From an uncultured virus (IMG/VR IMGVR_UViG_3300030000_000004) (Duplodnaviria > Heunggongvirae > Uroviricota > Caudoviricetes): DNA of 64,000 nt. Under the pieces are notes generated by a model, which ran no database searches, was not told where the DNA came from, and worked only from the letters and a program-made list of their open reading frames with translations. Shown piece after piece: positions 57,256-64,000 of this stretch. The stretch is from the IMG/VR virus record IMGVR_UViG_3300030000_000004. One strand, written 5' to 3'. The translations under genes and the position numbers were made by a program. Each line of letters opens with the position of its first letter. The stretch's first letter is position 1.

Positions 57256-57288
57256 TTTATCAGGTTATAGGTTATAATAACTCATCTT
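57256..57288 (+). promoter_or_regulatory. 33-bp promoter cassette, copy 2
   Basis: Identical to 35736-35768. Confidence 0.8.
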
Positions 57289-57310
57289 CAAATTATTCAG
57301 AAAGTTCAAA

Positions 57311-57562
57311 ATGAATTTCGAAAAATACGTAAACAAAGTTCCTTATGTCAATCGTAAAGATGATGCTGATGGTTATGCGCGCTATCAAGAAGGTGAACGT
57401 AAAGCCGGTGAAGACTTCAAAAAAGATCTTCTTGAAGAACTTGGTGTGACAGGACATCCTAAAGCAGACAAACTTTTCAGTCTTGCATGGGCTCATGGTC
57501 ACTCTTCAGGTTACAGCGAAGTGTTTAGCTACGCAAGTGAATTCGTTGATCTGCTTTCCTAA
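57311..57562 (+). CDS. Hypothetical early protein
   Basis: F..DL.....V..HPKA..LF..AW..GHSSG..EV pattern. Confidence 0.65.
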   Translation: MNFEKYVNKVPYVNRKDDADGYARYQEGERKAGEDFKKDLLEELGVTGHPKADKLFSLAWAHGHSSGYSEVFSYASEFVDLLS

Positions 57563-57564
57563 TT

Positions 57565-57822
57565 ATGAAACGCTGCACAAATATCACCGGATGGACTGAT
57601 TATCCATTCACTGAACTGGGCGATGTCCCATTCAAACCTGCTCCAATTCGTCGAGTCAATGTCATCAGTTATGATGGCGACAAATATGCCAAAATCTCTT
57701 TCAAAGATCACGGTGACATTTTGGAAGTGAAAGCTGGGTATCTTTACCGTAAACCTGGTCGATGTGGTGATGTAGAATGCATCAGTCGCCGCAAACTTGA
57801 ACGAATGATTAGTAAGGTGTAA
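57565..57822 (+). CDS. Hypothetical protein
   Basis: WTDYPF.ELGD.....APIR.V.V.SYDGDKY motif. Confidence 0.65.
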   Translation: MKRCTNITGWTDYPFTELGDVPFKPAPIRRVNVISYDGDKYAKISFKDHGDILEVKAGYLYRKPGRCGDVECISRRKLERMISKV

Positions 57823-57840
57823 TTTCAAATGGAGAACAAA

Positions 57841-57987
57841 ATGGAACGCTCTTTCGGTTTTGATGATGTCAAATTTGACGATGCAAAGAATTCAAAAAAC
57901 CCCAAGAAGATGAAACGAGAAGATGCAAAGTTTTCAAAGTTCAAGAAGACCCAGCGCCGGGTAGACAAACGTGCTCGCTATGACTGA
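57841..57987 (+). CDS. Small basic hypothetical protein (48 aa; not in ORF track)
   Basis: GGAG RBS; MERSFGFDD...RARYD. Confidence 0.5.
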   Translation: MERSFGFDDVKFDDAKNSKNPKKMKREDAKFSKFKKTQRRVDKRARYD

Positions 57988-58327
57988 AGAAGAAATCAAA
58001 AAGCACAATGCAAAACACAAGAGGGATGGTTATCTCTTTTGGATAATTTGCATTATTTCTTTGCTTATTCTGGTAACGTGCTCAAGTTAAAAAGGTCCAA
58101 CATGAAGAAGTGTTGCTTGATACTTATTACGCTGATGTTGATGGACTGTGAAGCCGGTCAAACTGAACAGCATAAACCATCTAAAAATGCTGATGACAAT
58201 GTTCAGTGTCCAATTATCTGTTCACCTGTCAATCTAGTTGTGTTTTAGTGGAACACAATTAATTTTCAAAACTATGTGAAAATGCTCAGGTTAGTGTTAT
58301 AATAACATCATACCAAATTAACTTGGA

Positions 58328-59881
58328 GTGATGATGAAATTCAATGCTACTGACTGGAAAGAACTTTCTGCTCAACAACAGTCGGTTATCTACTGGGTCC
58401 TAGAAGATACCGGTTCTCTCGAATTGATGGCCCGTGCTGGTTGCGGTAAAACGTACACCATCATGAAAATTGTAGATGCAATTGTCAAATTCAAACTCGG
58501 TGATATTGCCATCATGGCATATAACAAAGCAATCGCCGATGAACTGAAACTCAAACTTGAAAAAACCGGATACGATTGGCGTACAGCTCAAGCCGGAACA
58601 GTTCACTCATTTGGATATGGAGCTTGGAGAAAGATTGCTCCAAACGTTCAAATAGAAAACAAGAAAATGTACAACATCGTTAACGAATGTGGATTTGATA
58701 AAGGTGGGGATATCTTCATCTTTGCTTCTGAAGCAATTGTTAAGCTCTGTGGATATGCCAAACAACGTGCAGTCGGTCATCTTTGTTCAATTGATGATGT
58801 GAGTGTTTGGAATGATATGTTTGATCATTTCGGTTTGGAAAACGATATCACAGAAGACATTGATGTTTCTGATGTTATTTCAGCAGCTCAACGTGCATAT
58901 CGAATCTCTCTCAAACAATGTCGCGAAGTGATTGATTTTGATGACATGATTCTTGCCCCTCTGTATTACAAAGCTCGTTTCTGGCCTAAGGATTGGGTAG
59001 CAGTTGATGAATCGCAAGACACCAATCCTGCTCGCCGAGCTTTGGCATTGGCAATGTTGAAACCTCGTACTGGTCGTTTGGTTTCTGTTGGTGATAATCG
59101 GCAAGCAATTTACGGGTTTACCGGTGCTGATGCCGATTCCATGAATCAAATGAAAATTGCTACTAATGCAAAAACGCTTCCACTCAACATGACTCGTCGA
59201 TGCCCTAAAGCGGTGGTACGGGAAGCACAACGTTTGGTTCCAGATTTTACTGCACACGAAGATGCTCCTGAAGGTGTTGTTCGTTCTATTAAGTACATTG
59301 ATCTTGCTGGTGAAAAGCTTGGTAAGACCGATGCAATTCTTTGCCGAAACACTGCTCCACTTATTCAGACTGCATACTCTCTTATCTCAAAGGGAATTGC
59401 TTGCCGAGTTGAAGGTCGTGAAATCGGTACTGGATTGATTAAACTTGCTAGCCGCTGGAAAATCAAAACCCTCGATCAACTATTGAACAAGCTTGAAGAT
59501 TATCAAGTTCGCCAAACTGCAAAGTTTATGTCTAAGGGTCAAGAAGATCGTGTTGAAGGTCTTGTGGATCAAATTGATTGCTTGCGGGTTGTGATTGATC
59601 GTTGCTTGATTACAGGTAAGAAAACAATCGAAGCACTTGTTGATGAAATCAATTCTCTGTTTGGTACCACTAAGGATAACGAGGCTCCAAAGGTATTGAC
59701 ATTGAGCACTGGTCATAAGAGCAAAGGACGTGAATGGACTCGTGTTTACCTTTTGGATCGTGCAAAATATCAACCGTCTCCATATGCAAAGAAAGAATGG
59801 CAACAAAACCAAGAAGCAAATCTGGAATACGTGATGATCACCCGTGCAATGTCTGAATTGATCGACGTTGTGACAGAGTAA
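58328..59881 (+). CDS. SF1 helicase, UvrD/Rep family
   Basis: ARAGCGKT, TVHSFG, DFDDMI, VDESQD, VGD.RQAIYGF.GA, R.P..V, RN.APL, ST.HKSKGRE, YVMITRA. Confidence 0.92.
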   Translation: MMMKFNATDWKELSAQQQSVIYWVLEDTGSLELMARAGCGKTYTIMKIVDAIVKFKLGDIAIMAYNKAIADELKLKLEKTGYDWRTAQAGTVHSFGYGAWRKIAPNVQIENKKMYNIVNECGFDKGGDIFIFASEAIVKLCGYAKQRAVGHLCSIDDVSVWNDMFDHFGLENDITEDIDVSDVISAAQRAYRISLKQCREVIDFDDMILAPLYYKARFWPKDWVAVDESQDTNPARRALALAMLKPRTGRLVSVGDNRQAIYGFTGADADSMNQMKIATNAKTLPLNMTRRCPKAVVREAQRLVPDFTAHEDAPEGVVRSIKYIDLAGEKLGKTDAILCRNTAPLIQTAYSLISKGIACRVEGREIGTGLIKLASRWKIKTLDQLLNKLEDYQVRQTAKFMSKGQEDRVEGLVDQIDCLRVVIDRCLITGKKTIEALVDEINSLFGTTKDNEAPKVLTLSTGHKSKGREWTRVYLLDRAKYQPSPYAKKEWQQNQEANLEYVMITRAMSELIDVVTE

Positions 59882-59946
59882 TTCTGACAACAGTTTTATT
59901 TGAATTGCCATCAATGTATAATTAACTTTTAGATGGAGTATTGAAG

Positions 59947-60237
59947 ATGAAGATAACAAGTGCAAATGGGTTGACAGGAATGATTATCCACACGATGGGT
60001 AATTATTGGTTTCGTGTTACAGACAAAGATGGAACCTTTACTGATTATTCAATTCTGCATTGTGATCTCTGTGTCACGATCAATGATGAAGATGCATATC
60101 TATATGAGCGTAATGGACATGCACTTCTGGATCACAGCCCAGAAACTTTAGGCTTTAAAGAATACACGAGCCATCCAATTGCCATGGATGGAAGTGTTGA
60201 TCTTTCTACCACACATAAAGATTTGAGCTCTTACTAA
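59947..60237 (+). CDS. Hypothetical protein
   Basis: FRV......F.DY...H.DL.V.I.D ... LDHSP.TLG pattern. Confidence 0.6.
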   Translation: MKITSANGLTGMIIHTMGNYWFRVTDKDGTFTDYSILHCDLCVTINDEDAYLYERNGHALLDHSPETLGFKEYTSHPIAMDGSVDLSTTHKDLSSY

Positions 60238-60245
60238 GAAAGAAA

Positions 60246-60473
60246 ATGATGAAAGAAGTTAATACTGATGTTTTGGCAAATAGTCTAATCTTGGATCGGG
60301 CAAAAGTTAGACGTGAACAGTTCAACCCAAAATCACGAGTGCACCGTGCATCATTGAAGAATTTTCTGAATACTGGAAACTGGGGTGAAATTCAGTTTTA
60401 TCCTGAGGCTCCTTATGTTTCGGTGCCAGAAACTGTACTTCGAAAAATGTCAAGCTTCGCAGTATCAAAATAA
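60246..60473 (+). CDS. Hypothetical protein
   Basis: F.P....HR.....F...G.W....F..E.PY.SVP pattern. Confidence 0.6.
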   Translation: MMKEVNTDVLANSLILDRAKVRREQFNPKSRVHRASLKNFLNTGNWGEIQFYPEAPYVSVPETVLRKMSSFAVSK

Positions 60474-60480
60474 AAGCTTA

Positions 60481-60990
60481 ATGAAAACTGAACTTAATAA
60501 CAGAATTCTCTGGTTTGATGGTACCAATCAGGTCAATCCTGAGGATGTTCCATCACTTCTATTATCAGGTGTTCCAATCGATAAGATTGCTGTCAACAAC
60601 GATAATGAAGACATTAAGCTCTTCAATCTTTTAGAAGAAATAAGTATCAAGGCTGGCAAAGCTGAGAATGAACCATTCGATCTTGAATGGAATATTCCTG
60701 AAAAGTATAAGAAAATTGATTTGAATTTTTATCTCATCGATTCTGTAAAGGATAGATCGGAAGAATATTTCATCAGGGCATCTGATGAAATGGTTGAGAT
60801 TAGAAAAAGAAAATTAGAACCACTATTCCAAACACTCATTTATGTGATTGATAAATTCAAAGAAGAGAATGTTGTTTGGGGTGTTGGTCGTGGATCATCA
60901 TGTGCATGTCTAATTCTATTCTTGATGGGTGTACATCTTATTGATCCAGTGAAATATAAAATCCCTATGCATGAGTTTTTCCACGATTGA
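60481..60990 (+). CDS. dnaE: DNA polymerase III alpha-like fragment (stops before the catalytic PDxD)
   Basis: R...E...I, Y.ID......V.WGVGRGSS...L.L.L.G...IDP.KY.I...F. Confidence 0.75.
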   Translation: MKTELNNRILWFDGTNQVNPEDVPSLLLSGVPIDKIAVNNDNEDIKLFNLLEEISIKAGKAENEPFDLEWNIPEKYKKIDLNFYLIDSVKDRSEEYFIRASDEMVEIRKRKLEPLFQTLIYVIDKFKEENVVWGVGRGSSCACLILFLMGVHLIDPVKYKIPMHEFFHD

Positions 60991-61048
60991 TTACTGGCCG
61001 GGCAACGAATAAATAATATTTATATCAAATATCATTTGGAGAAAAATT

Positions 61049-61333
61049 ATGGGTAAATTTGCACGCAGTGCTCGTGGTGATATGGTTGATTTCGATCTTC
61101 TATCAATCAAACAACAGTTAGCTATGACCCCTACTGCAGTGGGAGTAGATCAACGAAGAAAATTTGTTGATGAAAAGGATGGTATTCGTGTTAAAACCGA
61201 AATACCTAAAGAAGTAAAAATGGCATCCGCTTTAGCAATGGCAGTTGCGGCAGTTAATGAATCCGCGGAAGCAGAGACATTTGATACTCCAGCCGTAAAA
61301 GCTAAACAATCAAAAAACATAAGGAATAAATAA
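61049..61333 (+). CDS. Hypothetical protein
   Basis: RSARG..VDF..L; AATAAATA at 61008; GGAG RBS. Confidence 0.65.
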   Translation: MGKFARSARGDMVDFDLLSIKQQLAMTPTAVGVDQRRKFVDEKDGIRVKTEIPKEVKMASALAMAVAAVNESAEAETFDTPAVKAKQSKNIRNK

Positions 61334-61334
61334 A

Positions 61335-61652
61335 ATGACTCTACGTCCTCTAGGAAAATCTTTTCTGTTCAAGTTTTGTTCTGACACATATGGAGGAAAA
61401 TTTGTTGAGAAAAATAGTGGGTTGATTGTTTTGACAAATCAAGACCTCGATCAACAGGGAAAGTCTGCTCGATGGGGACAAGTAGTTGCCATTGGTGATA
61501 GGGTTGAAATGTTTAACGTTGGTGAATTCGTGCTTATCGAAGCTCTTCAATGGACAACCGAAACTAAATTCGAAGGTGAAAAGTATTGGCGTTCTGATGA
61601 AGACAAAGTTATAGCAATTGGTGAAGATGAAAGTGTAACTTACGCATACTAA
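61335..61652 (+). CDS. groES: Co-chaperonin GroES-like (functional analogue of T4 gp31)
   Basis: LRPLG, SGLIV, G.VVAIG......VG..V, E..V.A. Confidence 0.75.
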   Translation: MTLRPLGKSFLFKFCSDTYGGKFVEKNSGLIVLTNQDLDQQGKSARWGQVVAIGDRVEMFNVGEFVLIEALQWTTETKFEGEKYWRSDEDKVIAIGEDESVTYAY

Positions 61653-61654
61653 AA

Positions 61655-62815
61655 ATGTTTTTTAATTTTCTTGTTTTCTTATCGGCATTATTTCTAGAAG
61701 TAATCGGAACATGGGTCTCTGTTATAGGGCTCAGTTCCATTTTTTCTGGAAGTCCTGTTGTTATTGTTTTAGCTATCTGTTTGGATTTTGCTAAACTTGT
61801 TGCTGTGAGTTTCTTGTACAAATATTGGAAATCAATTAATCTTCTCATGAAGAGTTACATGACTTCGGCCACATTAGTTCTTATGCTTATTACTTCTGTT
61901 GGAGCATTTGGATTCTTGAGTAAGGAATTCCAACAATCGATATCAGATACCAATACATCGGCCGTCATGATTAAATCTATGGCAGATGAACAAGTGAGAT
62001 TACAATCAAGAAAATCTGAAATAGATTCACAAATTGCTAAGTTACCGGATAATATGGTAAAGGGTAGAACAGCTTTAATCAAGCAATTCGCTCCTGAAGT
62101 TGAACGTATCAATACTCGTTTGGTTGATATTGATAAGCAATTACCGTTGCTCAAAATCGAAACGATGCACAAAAGTGTTGAGGTCGGACCTATCATTTAT
62201 GTTGCTCAAGCTTTCAACACTACACCGGAAGAAGCTGTTAAGTGGGTTATTTTGATTATCATCTTCGTGTTTGACCCATTAGCTATCACACTTCTTATTG
62301 CCGGAAATTTCTTATTGATACTAAGAGATAAAAAGGAAGTAGTAGAGAAGGTTTTGGAACCAATCAAAGAGACTCCTCCTGTTGTAATTACTCCTCTTGT
62401 TCCAGAAATTATTGAACCTAAAAATGAAATAGTATCGGTTTACACAGAGCCTCAACATGATGAAGATGTGGTGATATCTGTTACTCCTTTAGCAGATGCT
62501 GTGTATGGACCAGATTTACCAGTGGTGTCAAAAGTGTATCAAGAAATTGTTCCAGAACCTGAACCAATTGTAGAAGCGGTAGTTGAAACTCCTGCTCCAA
62601 TTCAAGAGGTGATAGAACCTACTGTAGAACCAGAAGTAGTTGAACCGGTTGCTGAGGTAGAACAGGAACCAGAACGTGAAATTATTCGTTTGAATGAAAT
62701 CTTAAAACCTAAAGTAAAATCTACTTTAGAAGATATTCAAACAAATGCAGATGTTACTATGGCATTTGAATCCCACGGTGATCTCGATGTACTATCACAG
62801 TACAGCGTCAAATAA
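61655..62815 (+). CDS. Membrane protein with coiled coil and Pro/Glu-rich tail
   Basis: 3 N-terminal TMs, ITS.G.FGFLS, coiled coil, IIFVFDPLA TM, PE-rich tail. Confidence 0.7.
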   Translation: MFFNFLVFLSALFLEVIGTWVSVIGLSSIFSGSPVVIVLAICLDFAKLVAVSFLYKYWKSINLLMKSYMTSATLVLMLITSVGAFGFLSKEFQQSISDTNTSAVMIKSMADEQVRLQSRKSEIDSQIAKLPDNMVKGRTALIKQFAPEVERINTRLVDIDKQLPLLKIETMHKSVEVGPIIYVAQAFNTTPEEAVKWVILIIIFVFDPLAITLLIAGNFLLILRDKKEVVEKVLEPIKETPPVVITPLVPEIIEPKNEIVSVYTEPQHDEDVVISVTPLADAVYGPDLPVVSKVYQEIVPEPEPIVEAVVETPAPIQEVIEPTVEPEVVEPVAEVEQEPEREIIRLNEILKPKVKSTLEDIQTNADVTMAFESHGDLDVLSQYSVK

Positions 62816-62824
62816 ACTAAAAAG

Positions 62825-62853
62825 TTTACAATCAGTCTCTCAAAGTATACAAT
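62825..62853 (+). promoter_or_regulatory. Sigma70-like promoter
   Basis: TTTACA-N17-TACAAT upstream of the clamp loader. Confidence 0.55.
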
Positions 62854-62883
62854 TAAGTATTAACTAACAATCTAATAAAATAT

Positions 62884-63792
62884 ATGAAATCTTCCATTTG
62901 GGTAGAGCGTTATCGTCCACGCACAATTTCCGAGGTTATCTTCCAAGATACTCGTCAAGAAACCACATTTGAAAATATCATTAAAGATGGTATCATTCCT
63001 AATTTGTTATTGTCCGGTTTTCAAGGTACGGGCAAAACAACTATCTCTAAAGTACTAATTAGAGAATTGAAGGTTGATCCAGCAGATGTTTTGCGTATCA
63101 ATTGTTCTGATGAAAAGATTGATGCATTACGGAATAAAGTATCTGGCTTTGCGATGACGATGCCTATTGGTAAATTCAAAGTAGTGCAACTAGAGGAACT
63201 TGACTATTCATCTCTGGAAGGCTTTGCGTTACTCCGTGGACTCATTGAAGATACTTCTGCTACATGTCGTTTTATTGCTACGTGTAATTATGAAAACAAA
63301 ATCATCCCACCATTGAAATCTCGTTTTCAACGATTCCATTTTCAAGCTCCTGATAAAGAAAAGATTGCTGCTCGAATGGTAGAAATCCTTGATAAGGAAG
63401 AAGTGGATTATGATGCTGAAGATTTGTTGACATACATCGATGTTGGTTATCCCGATATTCGTCAGACGATTCAGCTTCTTCAGAGCAATACACAGAACAA
63501 AAAACTACTTAGCCCATCAAATGCTTCATCTGAAAATGATTGGAAATTTGGATTGCTTGATTGTTTGGTAAAAAATGATTGGGTAGCTGCTAGAAAATTG
63601 GTATGTACAAGTGCCTCACGAGAAGAACACCAAGACATTTATACCTTCCTCTATCAAAATGTTGATAAGATGAAAACAGAAAATAAGGATGCGGTGATTG
63701 TCACATTGGCAGAATACATGTACAAGCATGCTTTGTGTTCAGACACTGAAATCAATCTTTCTGCATGTTTCATTGCTTTGAAGCAAATATGA
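62884..63792 (+). CDS. gp44: Sliding-clamp loader AAA+ subunit (RFC/gp44)
   Basis: WVERYRP, PNLLLSG..GTGKTT, IN.SD, FIATCNY...I..PL.SR, PDIR. Confidence 0.92.
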   Translation: MKSSIWVERYRPRTISEVIFQDTRQETTFENIIKDGIIPNLLLSGFQGTGKTTISKVLIRELKVDPADVLRINCSDEKIDALRNKVSGFAMTMPIGKFKVVQLEELDYSSLEGFALLRGLIEDTSATCRFIATCNYENKIIPPLKSRFQRFHFQAPDKEKIAARMVEILDKEEVDYDAEDLLTYIDVGYPDIRQTIQLLQSNTQNKKLLSPSNASSENDWKFGLLDCLVKNDWVAARKLVCTSASREEHQDIYTFLYQNVDKMKTENKDAVIVTLAEYMYKHALCSDTEINLSACFIALKQI

Positions 63793-63983
63793 ACTGGTTG
63801 AAGCTTCTATTTAAAAAACTGTGTAGTCCATCTGTCACTGAAAAAGACATAAAGGAATATGCAGATGCAATAGAAGCTTTGACTAGAATTAAATACAATG
63901 AAGAATTTAGGTTGGCATTTTTAATTGATCCCAATTGGGCATTAGCAAACGTTTGGGATCAATCTTTTGGAGTTACACGATGA
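63789..63983 (+). CDS. Hypothetical protein
   Basis: ATGA overlap with gp44. Confidence 0.45.
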   Translation: MNWLKLLFKKLCSPSVTEKDIKEYADAIEALTRIKYNEEFRLAFLIDPNWALANVWDQSFGVTR

Positions 63984-64000
63984 AAGAAATTTTATTTATT

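Noticed and set aside
58039..58248. Spanin/lipoprotein
   Set aside because: Signal-like start at 58102 but no proper lipobox (LMDC), and it is in an early region.
112..63493. Many short overlapping or antisense ORFs in the track (e.g. 586-921, 12494-12787, 20343-20762, 46510-46971, 59480-59965)
   Set aside because: They lie inside well-supported genes and lack RBS or motifs; treated as shadow ORFs.
1..64000. CRISPR array
   Set aside because: No run of equal-length repeats with unique spacers; repeats seen are two-copy or coding.
1..64000. tRNA or rRNA genes
   Set aside because: No cloverleaf with T-loop GTTC and matching acceptor stem seen in the intergenic gaps; tRNAscan-SE was not run.
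1..64000. Stop-codon reassignment
   Set aside because: Core genes are full-length under code 11 and coding density is high; TAA, TGA and TAG all end genes.

Overview
This window is part of an AT-rich, T4-like (myovirus) phage genome, probably a jumbo phage of a Gram-negative host; no host genes are recognisable. Positions 1-35.2 kb hold the virion module: scaffold, major capsid protein, neck gp13/14, gp15, sheath, tube, two gp4-like nucleases and the large terminase. It is driven by T4-type late promoters (TATAAATA). Positions 35.2-64 kb hold short early genes and recombination/replication genes (gp32, uvsX, uvsY, uvsW, UvrD-like helicase, DnaE fragment, clamp loader). This half also carries a class II ribonucleotide reductase, lysis genes, RNA-repair and anti-defence genes (HD phosphoesterase plus Pnk-like kinase, Thg1, Acb1-like 2H enzyme). 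At least six free-standing homing endonucleases are spread across both halves. The most striking feature lies between the core structural genes. About 16 ORFs carry a T4 internal-protein capsid-targeting-like peptide (M-x-F-K-x-F/Y-L-x-E). Twelve of them are diverged paralogs with the R...S/T...E motif order of ADP-ribosyltransferase-fold enzymes; the others include a GNAT acetyltransferase, a P-loop kinase and a zinc peptidase. Several modular ORFs are punctuated by prohead-protease-like (L/I/V)xE sites. I infer a capsid-packaged, co-injected enzyme arsenal. A hairpin-rich ~220-nt candidate ncRNA lies upstream of gp32. All calls come from reading motifs by eye; no database search was run.
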